DNA from: an uncultured Chlorobiales bacterium
GTDB lineage: Bacteria; Bacteroidota; Chlorobiia; Chlorobiales; Thermochlorobacteraceae
NCBI GenBank assembly: GCA_938003965.1
Contig: CALKXI010000024.1
Coordinates: forward strand, 6,089-70,088
DNA length: 64,000 nt
Reading direction: 5' to 3'
In this document: piece after piece, positions 1-8,845 of the stretch
Position numbering within the stretch: the first letter of the stretch is position 1
Layout of the letters: every line of letters begins with the position of its first letter
Notes under the pieces: generated by a model
Told to the model about the DNA's origin: nothing
Database searches by the model: none
Seen by the model: only the letters and a program-made list of their open reading frames with translations
Position numbers and translations under genes: made by a program

Positions 1-138
1 GACCTCGTCGGCTTTGCTTTGGCTTTGGAAATAATTGACCACCACGCTCGCGCCCTCACGCGCCAAGACTTTGGCAATCGCCGCACCCACGCCACGACTT
101 GCCCCCGTAACGAGAGCCACTTTGTTTTTGAGCAACAT
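1..138 (-). CDS. short-chain dehydrogenase/reductase (SDR), first 46 codons only; the rest lies outside the window
   Basis: Reverse-strand translation from the ATG at comp(136..138) reads [46 protein letters not shown]. It contains the classical SDR TGxxxGxG dinucleotide-binding motif. It is absent from the ORF track because it is cut by the window edge. Confidence 0.8.
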   Translation of the reverse strand, partial: MLLKNKVALVTGASRGVGAAIAKVLAREGASVVVNYFQSQSKADEV

Positions 139-431
139 TGTTTTTGATGAGTTTGAATTGATAAAAAACGACGCGGAAACAGGCGGGAAAGATGACGTAT
201 GCCAAATGATTCTGGTGAAGAACGGCTAAGTTCTTTTAGCGAAGGCGTTGCATCATCTTTCCTTGCGTCAGTATTACCTGCGTCAAGTTCCTCGAGTTTG
301 TTCTCAGCCGCTTTTGGCAGCACCCCGAAGATGATTGCGTGCAAGTGTAAGCAAATTTTTTGCTATCAAAAAACGAAACTCACCCCCATAGATGCGTAGA
401 AAAAGGTGAGCACGGTTAAAATTCTTTGAAA

Positions 432-491
432 AAATTGTTAACGATTATTTAACAATTTGGTAACACTGCGTATACTTGCAAGTAACTGCGT
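432..491. promoter_or_regulatory. candidate operator/promoter region upstream of 529..969
   Basis: 10-bp perfect inverted repeat aaattgttaa (432-441) / ttaacaattt (449-458) with a 7-nt spacer. A perfect 12-bp palindrome tacttgcaagta (473-484) follows, flanked by the direct repeat actgcgt (465-471 and 485-491). The region is 40-95 nt upstream of the ATG at 529. Confidence 0.35.
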
Positions 492-528
492 CGCTGAATG
501 CTTTTTTCAACTTTAACTCTTTACGAAG

Positions 529-969
529 ATGAAAAAGACCTTGCTTTTTATCGCTGTTGCGCTTGTTGGGATTACAAGCGTCGAGGCTCAGCCATCAGGG
601 AATTGGATGTATGTCGCCGAATCAAGCAATGCCAAGTATTTCGTCTTGAAGTCAAAGGAATCCATGACGATTAACCCGTCGGAACAAATGATGGAAATGT
701 GGGTGAAAGTTGAATTCAACCGAATCCAACCCAATGGCACGGCTTATCAGTTAGGACTGCAACGCTTTGACTTGAAGAATGATGAATTTGCCTTCCGTGA
801 AGTGATTGGATATGACGCCACGGGCAAAGTTCTTTACCATCATCGCTATGATGACGCAGACCTCAATTGGCAAACGGCAACATTGCGCAGTGTTGGTGCT
901 GAGTTACTTGCCAACGCACAAACAACTTTCACTGTGCTAATGAGCAAAGCCGTTGCAAGTGCACGCTGA
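529..969 (+). CDS. secreted protein of unknown function
   Basis: ATG ORF of 146 aa with N-terminal signal peptide MKKTLLFIAVALVGITSVEA/Q. A hairpin terminator follows. No catalytic motif recognised. Confidence 0.6.
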   Translation: MKKTLLFIAVALVGITSVEAQPSGNWMYVAESSNAKYFVLKSKESMTINPSEQMMEMWVKVEFNRIQPNGTAYQLGLQRFDLKNDEFAFREVIGYDATGKVLYHHRYDDADLNWQTATLRSVGAELLANAQTTFTVLMSKAVASAR

Positions 970-982
970 TGATTGTTGATGA

Positions 983-2203
983 TTACATTTCGGCACGAAA
1001 CAAACAAGCCCATCGTGATGATGGGCTTTTGCATTTGGCAGATGTTTCATGAAGTTTTAATGTCTGCGGGGCGTTTTTACGATGCAGGTTTACCTTGACA
1101 GGCTTCTGATGCAAGACGACTTGATTTCGCCCATTGCGCTTTGCTTCATAGAGTGCTTCGTCAGCCTGTTGAATCACTAGCGATGCCGACAGTTTTGGCA
1201 TAGGCGTTATCACATTCAGCCCTACACTGATTGTAACGACATCTGCCGTCCTTGATGCAAAATGTGGAATGTTGAGATGGCGAACCGCATCGCAGAGTTT
1301 CTCCGCCATTTTCTTTGCTTTTTCTGAATCAGAGTTTGTCAGTAACACGAGGAACTCTTCGCCGCCGTATCGCCCGACATAATCCGTTGAACGGCGAAGA
1401 ACGGTGCGAATGGCGTGCGCCACCTGCTTCAAACACATGTCGCCTGCTTGATGCCCATAAAAATCGTTATAGTTCTTAAAGTGGTCTATATCAATCATCA
1501 TCACAGCAAGAGGTTCAGCATTACGCATGGCTTTTAGCCACTCGCGTTGCAGTGTTTCGTCAATACTTCGGCGATTCGGAATGCCAGTAAGACTGTCAAT
1601 CGTAGCCAGTTGCTCTAACTGCTTTTTGGCGCGCTCCAATTCAATTAAACTTTCTTGCAACCGCTCTTCTGCTGCTCGCCGCATAGCAATTTCTTGCTGA
1701 AGTTTATTTACTCGCACAGAAAGCGCACGAACAGTTGGGTGTTCGGCATCTGCCTTTTTCAAGCGAATGAGAACATACGCTTGTTTCCCGTCGCGCACCG
1801 TGCATCCATTGAGCACAAATGGCATTATGCCTCGAGATGTCCTAAGTTCAGTTTGCTCAGAAACAAATGATGAGGAAGTGGCAGCTTTTTGTATCCAATC
1901 ATCTAACTTTGCGGAGCGGTCTACAAAAAGTGAGGAGAAGCAAGTTCCTTTAAGGTCTTCGCCTGTTGATGAAAAAATACTATGCGCGGCATTGTTGGCA
2001 AGCAAGATTACTTGATTGAGCGATACCACCAGAATCGGCTCAGGAAGCGCTTGTAAAATGTTAAGGTATATCTTCTCTGTCATTTCTAAGGGCTCACTGT
2101 TTACACTTCTCTTATCTTTCTCAAAACGAACAGTCTTGAATAAAGTCGCTACAGCGTTTGTTAGGACGTCCTGCAAACGCCTCATTCGTGTTTCAATTGA
2201 CAT
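983..2203 (-). CDS. PAS-sensor diguanylate cyclase (GGDEF domain)
   Basis: 406 aa. The C-terminal GGDEF domain has an intact RYGGEEF active site and the DSLTGIPNRR motif. A coiled-coil linker and an N-terminal PAS-like segment (LPEPILVVSLNQVILLANNAA) precede it. Confidence 0.85.
   Translation of the reverse strand: MSIETRMRRLQDVLTNAVATLFKTVRFEKDKRSVNSEPLEMTEKIYLNILQALPEPILVVSLNQVILLANNAAHSIFSSTGEDLKGTCFSSLFVDRSAKLDDWIQKAATSSSFVSEQTELRTSRGIMPFVLNGCTVRDGKQAYVLIRLKKADAEHPTVRALSVRVNKLQQEIAMRRAAEERLQESLIELERAKKQLEQLATIDSLTGIPNRRSIDETLQREWLKAMRNAEPLAVMMIDIDHFKNYNDFYGHQAGDMCLKQVAHAIRTVLRRSTDYVGRYGGEEFLVLLTNSDSEKAKKMAEKLCDAVRHLNIPHFASRTADVVTISVGLNVITPMPKLSASLVIQQADEALYEAKRNGRNQVVLHQKPVKVNLHRKNAPQTLKLHETSAKCKSPSSRWACLFRAEM
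1006..1030. terminator. hairpin terminator between convergent genes
   Basis: aagcccatc (1006-1014) pairs with gatgggctt (1020-1028), loop gtgat, followed by a T run. The reverse strand also has a T-rich tail. It overlaps the last codons of the GGDEF ORF. Confidence 0.55.
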
Positions 2204-2392
2204 GATTGGGACGAACTATACGACAATCACCGTTAATGGATTGTGACGAGGCGCATACTCACCACTTGACTTGATGCCGCTGAATTTTTATGCCCTTATG
2301 ACTGAACGAGATGGATATGCTGAAAACTGTCGGATTTGGTTATACTCGTAACGCTTTGCGTTTATCCGATTTTGGACAACATCGCGTCGTGT

Positions 2393-3874
2393 TCAGCGTT
2401 CAAACTTGGAGCCGCCCACGCTCGACATAATTTTTCCAATCATATCGCTATAAATGCGCGTGGCTTCGAGTTCATCTTTGCCTACCATTGAGTTTTGGTG
2501 CAATCCTTCCAATACAAATTCCATTGCGGTGGCGAGTTCTTGTTTGTCTTTCGTCTGGAAGGTCTTTTCGGCAAACTCGCGCAAGCCTTTGACCTTATCC
2601 AACGCTTTGAAATACTCCTCAAACTTCATGTCGTCATAGATATCGACTTGATTGCCCTGCGAGAACCAACCTGTAATCGTAGCATAAGCGCTCTGCCCTT
2701 GAACTTTCTTGTTAGGGTCGGGACAGTATTTTTTGAAGACTTGGTTAATGGCTTTGCCGATAAGCAGTTTCGCGACGTTAATAGCGCCCTCTTGTTCGCC
2801 TTCGTAGACGAGTTCAACTTTGCCTGTAATGGCAGGCACAACGAGAAACATGTCGGAAATTCGCACGCAGGCTTCGGATTCATCGTGCATGATGGCGCGA
2901 CGCTCGGCACTGCTGACAAGGTTTTCCATTGCCGTAATCGTCAGCCGCGCCGAGACGCCTGACTTTTGGTCAACGTATTCGCTCCGACGCGCTTCAAAGG
3001 CAATGTGCTCAATGATTTCTTTGAAGTAATACGGCACCTTGACTTCCACTTCGGACGGGCGTTTCGTCCATGCTTCTTGCTCTGTGATTTTAATGCCGAT
3101 TTCAATCGTTTTCGGATAGTGTGTGATGATTTGCGAGTCGATGCGGTCTTTGAGCGGCGTAATAATGTTGCCGCGATTGGTGTAATCTTCAGGGTTCGCT
3201 GAATAAATGATGAAGATATCGAGCGGAATTCTCACTTGAAAGCCACGAATTTGAATATCTTTTTCTTGCATAATGTTCAGCAAGCCGACTTGAATGCGCG
3301 GTTGAAGGTCGGGCAGTTCGTTGATGGCAAAAATGCCGCGATTGGTGCGCGGAATGATGCCGTAGTGAATCACATTTTCGTCAGCATACGTCAGTCTTTG
3401 CGATGCGGCTTTGATGGGGTCAATGTCGCCGATAAGGTCAGCGATGGTTACATCGGGCGTTGCGAGTTTTTCGCCGTAGCGTTCCGAGCGATGAAGCCAC
3501 GCAATTTCGGTTTCGTCGCCTTCATGTAAGATTTTTTCGCGCGCGTATTTTGAAATCGGATTGAACGGGTCGTCGTTGATTTCTGAGCCTTTGATGACAG
3601 GAATAAACTCATCGAGCAAATTGACCATGAGGCGAATGAGCTTAGTTTTGGCTTGCCCTCGCAGACCCAGCAGAATAATATCGTGTTTTGAAAGCAATGC
3701 GTTTTGCAGTTGCGGAATAACGGTGCGCTCGTAGCCAATAATGTTTGGAAACGGATTTTCGCCGTCCTTCATTTTTTGTATCAAGTTTTCGCGAATTTCA
3801 TCTTTCACTGAGCGCGTTCGATAACCTGCACGCTTTAATTCGCCGAGCGTTCTAATTTTCGTGATGTCTTTCAT
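2393..3874 (-). CDS. AAA+ ATPase, ChlI/MoxR-like (Mg-chelatase-related family of unknown function)
   Basis: Track ORF is 2393..3949. I prefer the start at Met26 (comp 3872..3874, MKDITKIRTLGELK) because the reconstructed Uma2 frame ends at 3894. Walker A-like GLRGQAKT and Walker B-like IFAINELPD are present, both deviant from consensus. It is paired with a vWA gene in the same operon. Confidence 0.75.
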   Translation of the reverse strand: MKDITKIRTLGELKRAGYRTRSVKDEIRENLIQKMKDGENPFPNIIGYERTVIPQLQNALLSKHDIILLGLRGQAKTKLIRLMVNLLDEFIPVIKGSEINDDPFNPISKYAREKILHEGDETEIAWLHRSERYGEKLATPDVTIADLIGDIDPIKAASQRLTYADENVIHYGIIPRTNRGIFAINELPDLQPRIQVGLLNIMQEKDIQIRGFQVRIPLDIFIIYSANPEDYTNRGNIITPLKDRIDSQIITHYPKTIEIGIKITEQEAWTKRPSEVEVKVPYYFKEIIEHIAFEARRSEYVDQKSGVSARLTITAMENLVSSAERRAIMHDESEACVRISDMFLVVPAITGKVELVYEGEQEGAINVAKLLIGKAINQVFKKYCPDPNKKVQGQSAYATITGWFSQGNQVDIYDDMKFEEYFKALDKVKGLREFAEKTFQTKDKQELATAMEFVLEGLHQNSMVGKDELEATRIYSDMIGKIMSSVGGSKFER

Positions 3875-3893
3875 AAATCGTTTGTTGTTGTGC

Positions 3894-4460
3894 TTAACTG
3901 AAAATTGTTGATAGAGGCAACACGAAGCCGTTGAGCCAGCCTTTGCCATAAAGCGTCTCTTTTTCGGTCAGGATTTCGGTTGGCGCGTCGTCAAACGAAT
4001 TGGCGTAAATGGTCAGCGTTTTTTACGCCACATCGACGAGCCAAATTTCGCCTATCCCCGCGCGTTTCCAAGTCTCGACTTTCTCTAAGGCTTCATTCAT
4101 CTTGCTCGGTTGTGAAACGACTTCTACGACAAGGTCGGGCACAACCGTTAGAAATCCTGCTTCAATTTCATTGACGCTTTTGATTTTTTCACGGCTGATG
4201 AAGGTTACATCTGCGCCGCGCACCGTGTCGGGATTGCGTTCCAGATACACACCTGTTTCCGCCGTGAAAACGAAGCCAAGATTTCTTGCTTTTACAAAAT
4301 TTCTTATCTGTGTTAAAATTTCATTTGCGATATATCCGTGTTTTCCGCCTGCGGGCATCGTTTCAATGGGCTTACCTTCGAGGCGTTCGAGTCGTTTCCT
4401 CGTCGCGCTTTGCAGTTCCATTCAGTCTTCGCCCGTAAGCAATTTTTCCGCTGCTGTCAT
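3894..4460 (-). pseudogene. Uma2-family (DUF820) PD-(D/E)xK endonuclease frame with two in-frame stop codons
   Basis: Track ORF 4023..4421 (132 aa) carries Uma2 hallmarks (GADVTFIS, VPDLVVEVVS, EIWLVDVA). In the same frame, upstream is GGGAG-N6-ATG (4460) MTAAEKLLTGED, then TGA (4422-4424), then ATG (4421). Downstream of TAA (4023-4025) the frame continues KTLTIYANSFDDAPTEILTEKETLYGKGWLNGFVLPLSTIFS to TAA (3894-3896). This is the usual Uma2 C-terminus. Confidence 0.7.
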
Positions 4461-4471
4461 TTCTTACTCCC

Positions 4472-5572
4472 TCATCGCAGTTTTTTGCGGCGATTTTTGA
4501 TGTAATCGACAAACATATATTCGCCCAAGTTATCTAACCCACTGAAATACGCCCGTCCTTGATTGGCTTGTGTTAGTTCATTGACAAAGCCTTGCAAATA
4601 AGGGTCGCTCGTTACCATAAAGGTGGTAATGGTGATTTTATCTTTGCGACACATGACGGCTTCGTCGAGCGTTTTATTCACGATTTTTCTATCTAACCCA
4701 AACGAGTTTTTGTAAATCTTCGCGCCTTCATTGATGGCGGAAGGTTTGCCGTCCGTAATCATGAAAATTTGTTTGTTTTGATTTTTCTTGCGCTTCAAGA
4801 TTTGACGTGCGAGCGCAAGCCCTGCTTTGGTGTTGGTGTGATAGGGTCCGACGCTGATGAACGGCAAATCTTTGACTTCCACCTGCCATGCTTCGTCGCC
4901 AAAGAGCAAGATGTCAAGGCTATCTTTGGGGTAGCGCGTCAAGATGAGCTCTGAGAGTGCCATCGCAACTTTCTTTGCGGGCGTGATGCGGTCTTCGCCG
5001 TAAAGAATCATTGAGTGCGAAACATCAATCATTAACACAGTGGCACAGGTCGTTTGATGCTCAGTTTCATAGACGCGAAAATCATCTTCGGCAAGGCGAA
5101 TTTCGTCTAAATCACTGTGTTTGAGTGCGTTTTGAAGCGTTTGCGTGAGGTCAAGATTTTGAAGCGTGTCGCCAAATTTCCAATTGCGCGTCTCGGGCGT
5201 GCGCTCTTCCGACATTCCCGACTTTGGAATTTTATGATTGCCAAACTGCGACTGCTTGCGAAGTGAGGAAAAAATTTCGTTGAGCGATTCTTCGCGAATT
5301 TTTTTCGTCGTCTTGCCTGTGATGTTGAACGTGCCATCTCGCGAAGGTTCTTCAAGATAGCCTTCGCGTTTTAGGTATTCGATGAAATCGCCAATGCCGA
5401 CTTCGTCGTCGCCTAAGCCGTATTGTCGGTCCATTTCTGTGAGCCATTGCAAGGCTTGATTGGCGTCGCCGTTTGTGTAAATCAAGAGTTGATTAAACAC
5501 TTTGAGCATCTTTTCAAGCGAAGATTGCGTTTTGGCGTGCCGCTCGTCCCATTTAGAAAATCGATAGTCCAT
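4472..5572 (-). CDS. von Willebrand factor type A (vWA/MIDAS) domain protein, partner of the AAA+ ATPase
   Basis: 366 aa. MIDAS motif DxSxS is seen as MIDVSHSM, followed by typical vWA strands (IFMITDGKPS). The N-terminal helical region has no recognised motif. Confidence 0.8.
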   Translation of the reverse strand: MDYRFSKWDERHAKTQSSLEKMLKVFNQLLIYTNGDANQALQWLTEMDRQYGLGDDEVGIGDFIEYLKREGYLEEPSRDGTFNITGKTTKKIREESLNEIFSSLRKQSQFGNHKIPKSGMSEERTPETRNWKFGDTLQNLDLTQTLQNALKHSDLDEIRLAEDDFRVYETEHQTTCATVLMIDVSHSMILYGEDRITPAKKVAMALSELILTRYPKDSLDILLFGDEAWQVEVKDLPFISVGPYHTNTKAGLALARQILKRKKNQNKQIFMITDGKPSAINEGAKIYKNSFGLDRKIVNKTLDEAVMCRKDKITITTFMVTSDPYLQGFVNELTQANQGRAYFSGLDNLGEYMFVDYIKNRRKKLR

Positions 5573-5829
5573 ATTTTCAGCGTGAATTGAGGTCGGTTAT
5601 GCAAGTCAGAAACAGTTGAAAGTAAGAAAAAATTTGATACGGCAAACAGAAGAATTCCAGTTTAGAGCGAGAGGAGAAATTCGGTCAAGTTTGTTTTTTG
5701 GGGAAGCCCAAGTTTGCGGCGAAGGTGCAAGCGTGGTGTAGGCTTTGGCGGTAAGAATCGGCGCATTGATGGTTTGCGCCCCTTCAAGCGACTCGTAGCC
5801 GAAGTGAGGCATTTCTCGGCAAAGGCTCG

Positions 5830-6042
5830 GTGAAAATTGTCAATGATACCAAACAAGATATTCACATCTACACAGGCACAGGACATGTGAAACTCAATCA
5901 TGGTGGCGGCTCGACTTCTGTCTCTTGTGAAAACGGCAAAGAAATTTGCCTGAGCAATAAGGGCAAGAAAGGCGGGGTCATCTTCAAAATTGATGCGTCC
6001 ATGTGTGGCAAGACCGTCAAATTGTCGTCTTACCTGAAATAG
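5830..6042 (+). CDS. small hypothetical protein (70 aa, GTG start)
   Basis: This is the only plus-strand ORF in a 570-bp gap. It is followed about 65 nt later by a plus-strand hairpin plus T-run terminator. No family recognised. Confidence 0.35.
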   Translation: MKIVNDTKQDIHIYTGTGHVKLNHGGGSTSVSCENGKEICLSNKGKKGGVIFKIDASMCGKTVKLSSYLK

Positions 6043-6106
6043 TTTTTTTTCGCGACCGTTCTTTGTCTTTCTCGCTGGTTGTTGTTCTTTGTTGTCTCTT
6101 AGGTGA

Positions 6107-6144
6107 GGAGCGTCTCTGCTGGAAACGGCGGGACGCTCTTTTTT
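6107..6144 (+). terminator. rho-independent terminator
   Basis: gagcgtc (6108-6114) pairs with gacgctc (6132-6138), followed by tttttt (6139-6144). The T run is on the plus strand only. It overlaps the stop of xseA on the other strand. Confidence 0.6.
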
Positions 6145-7336
6145 ACACTACGCGCATTGTTTTTTCGCCGTCCGCAAAGCGAATAACGACTTTATCGCCC
6201 GATTGAATTTCCTGTGCGGAGCGAACCACATGTCCATCTTTGAACACGATGCTGAATCCGCGCCGAAGCGTTTGTTCGTAGCTTAGCGCGTCGAGGCGGT
6301 GCGTCAAGTTTGAGAGCATTGAGGCTGTGCGTTCTATTTTTTGCCGCATGCCGAAATCGAGCCGCTCGCTTAATCGGTCGAGGGTTTGCAGGAGCGTGTG
6401 CATATCGCTGACCGGCTTATTAAAGGCATAACTTCCAACAAGTTCTCTAACAAATGCGCGTTGCTCTTCCACGCGGTTCATCAAGTCGCGTTGCGTGGCT
6501 TGAAGCGTTGCATGAATTGCGTTCAGAATATCTGTTGAAAGCGGGGCAACAAGTTCTGCCGCCATTGAAGGCGTTGCGGCACGAACATCAGCGACGAAAT
6601 CGCAAATCGTGAAGTCGGTTTGATGCCCAACGGCGCTCACCGTCGGAATTTTTGACGCAAACACGGCACGCGCCACACGTTCATCGTTGAACGCCCACAA
6701 GTCCTCGAGCGAGCCGCCACCCCGCCCGATAATGAGCACATCGACTTGGTGCGCAGGATTTTTCGTGCGATTGAAATACCGAATCGCCTCGACGATTTCT
6801 TCGGGCGCACCTTCGCCTTGAACGCGCACAGGGTAAAGCACAATTTGCGCTGATGGGTATCGCCGTCCCAACACCGAACAAATATCTTGAATCACTGCGC
6901 CTGTTGGCGAAGTAACCACGCCAATCGCTTCAGGTAAGCGCGGCAAGGGCTTTTTGTGCTCGTGCAGAAATAATCCTTCTTTCTCCAACTTTTTAACTAA
7001 CAGTTCAAAGGCTTTTTGCAAATCGCCTTCACCGACGGCTTTGACTTGATTGCCAATGAGTTGATACTTGCCCTGCGGCGCATAGACTTCAACCCTGCCG
7101 CGAATGAGCACTTCAAGCCCATCGCTTAACGCAAACGGAAGTCGCTCGGCGGTCGTGCGCCAAATGACGGCTGGAATTTGCGCCTCTGAATCTTTGAGTG
7201 TGAAGTAAAGATGCCCCGATGTGGCTCTCTTGAAATTTGAAATTTCACCCCGAAGCCACAGTTCAGGAAATTGCGTTTCGAGATGTTCTTTAATTTCCGC
7301 CGTGAGTTCGCTAACTGAATAAATGCCGTCTGCCAC
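6143..7336 (-). CDS. xseA: exodeoxyribonuclease VII large subunit
   Basis: 397 aa. The N-terminal OB-fold signature is YSVSELTAEIKEHLETQFPELWLRGEISNFKRATSGHLYFTLKD. The central catalytic region and C-terminal coiled coil are typical of XseA. Confidence 0.9.
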   Translation of the reverse strand: MADGIYSVSELTAEIKEHLETQFPELWLRGEISNFKRATSGHLYFTLKDSEAQIPAVIWRTTAERLPFALSDGLEVLIRGRVEVYAPQGKYQLIGNQVKAVGEGDLQKAFELLVKKLEKEGLFLHEHKKPLPRLPEAIGVVTSPTGAVIQDICSVLGRRYPSAQIVLYPVRVQGEGAPEEIVEAIRYFNRTKNPAHQVDVLIIGRGGGSLEDLWAFNDERVARAVFASKIPTVSAVGHQTDFTICDFVADVRAATPSMAAELVAPLSTDILNAIHATLQATQRDLMNRVEEQRAFVRELVGSYAFNKPVSDMHTLLQTLDRLSERLDFGMRQKIERTASMLSNLTHRLDALSYEQTLRRGFSIVFKDGHVVRSAQEIQSGDKVVIRFADGEKTMRVV

Positions 7337-7381
7337 TTGGAGAAAAGTTTTTTCGCTTGCTCGTGGTTGAAACGCTGCTGC

Positions 7382-8827
7382 TCAGTCAAGCCGTCGCCAA
7401 GTCGCCCCCTCTTTTGTGTCTCTAACTTCAATGCCTGTTTCTTTCAGGCGGTCTCGAATCAAATCGCTTGTGGCAAAGTCCTTTTTCTCACGCGCGGCTT
7501 GGCGAAGTTCTAACACTAATTTCATCACATTAGCGAGCAGGGTTGAATCGCCGCGCATTGCGGTTTGTGTTTCAGAGAGAACGCCGAGAATTTCTCTGCC
7601 GTAGATGTTGAAAAAGTCTATCACCTTCGAGCGAGCCTCTTCTGAAAGCCCGCCTTTTGAAAGCGTTGTATTGACTTCGCGCGAGAGGTCAAAGAAAACG
7701 GCAATCGCTTGTGGCGTGTTGAAGTCGTCGTTCATTGCGCTGTGCAGTTTCGCTTTGTAGGGTTCAATATCCAGCGCGCCGTTTCCTGATGGTGATTGCA
7801 AAAGGCGATTGTAAGTTTCGTTGAGTTTCTCTAACCCGTTTTTAGCGGCGGAAATTGCCTCGTCTGAAAAATCAAGCGTGGAGCGGTAGTGCGACTGCAA
7901 GATGAAAAAGCGCAGTGCTGTTGGCGGATATTTTTTCAGCAAATCTTTGATGGTCGTAAAGTTGCCGAGCGATTTGCTCATCTTTTGACCATTGACGGTA
8001 ACAAGGTTGTTGTGAATCCAATAGCGCACAAACGGTTTGCCAGTAGCAGATTCCGATTGCGCGATTTCGCACTCGTGATGTGGGAATTGGTTATCTATTC
8101 CGCCGCCGTGAATATCAATCGTTTCGCCGAGATATTTCATCGACATTGCCGAGCATTCGATATGCCAGCCCGGAAAGCCCCAGCCCCACGGCGAGTTCCA
8201 TTGCATGAGGTGTGTGGGGTCGGCTTTTTTCCAAAGCGCAAAGTCCGATGGATGTCGCTTTTCGGATTTGATTTCGACGCGCTTTCCCGATTCCATCTCG
8301 CTTTGATTGCGCCGCCCTGACAGTTTGCCGTAGCCTTCAAACGAACTGACGCTGAAATAAACCGAGCCATTTGCTTCGTAGGCGTGTCCTTTTTCAATAA
8401 GCGTTTTAATCAGTTCGATTTGTTCAGGAATGTGCCCTGCGGCTGTCGGCGCAATGTTTGGACGGGCGACGCCGAGCGCGTCCATATCTTCGTAATACGA
8501 GCGTGTGTAGGCTTGTGCGACTTCCATCGGCGAAGTCTGCTCGATGCGTGCGGCTTTGAGAATTCTATCTTCGCCGTCGTTATCATCTCCAAGCAAATGC
8601 CCGACATCGGTAATGTTTTGCACATAGCGCACCTTGTAGCCTACATGCCGAAACCACTTGACCATTACATCAAACGAGACATAACTTTTCGCATGCCCAA
8701 TGTGCGAGTGCCCATAAACCGTTGGACCGCAGACATACATTGAAATAAAGCCTTCGCGAAGTGGGACGAACTTTTCTTTTTGCCGCGTGAGGGTGTTGTA
8801 AATGTAAATCTCGTCTTGAATCGCCAT
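7382..8827 (-). CDS. cysS: cysteine--tRNA ligase
   Basis: 481 aa, with the class I motifs HIGH (GHSHIGHAKSY) and KMSKS (QKMSKSLGNF). Confidence 0.95.
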   Translation of the reverse strand: MAIQDEIYIYNTLTRQKEKFVPLREGFISMYVCGPTVYGHSHIGHAKSYVSFDVMVKWFRHVGYKVRYVQNITDVGHLLGDDNDGEDRILKAARIEQTSPMEVAQAYTRSYYEDMDALGVARPNIAPTAAGHIPEQIELIKTLIEKGHAYEANGSVYFSVSSFEGYGKLSGRRNQSEMESGKRVEIKSEKRHPSDFALWKKADPTHLMQWNSPWGWGFPGWHIECSAMSMKYLGETIDIHGGGIDNQFPHHECEIAQSESATGKPFVRYWIHNNLVTVNGQKMSKSLGNFTTIKDLLKKYPPTALRFFILQSHYRSTLDFSDEAISAAKNGLEKLNETYNRLLQSPSGNGALDIEPYKAKLHSAMNDDFNTPQAIAVFFDLSREVNTTLSKGGLSEEARSKVIDFFNIYGREILGVLSETQTAMRGDSTLLANVMKLVLELRQAAREKKDFATSDLIRDRLKETGIEVRDTKEGATWRRLD

Positions 8828-8845
8828 TGTTGAAATCTGTTTTGA

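Noticed and set aside
3894-4460. Possibility that the two in-frame stops in the Uma2 frame are recoded (read-through or selenocysteine).
   Set aside because: The stops are of two different kinds (TGA and TAA). The same codons terminate the neighbouring genes: vWA ends in TGA 11 nt upstream. I see no SECIS-like hairpin after the TGA. A pseudogene or a shortened ORF is more parsimonious.
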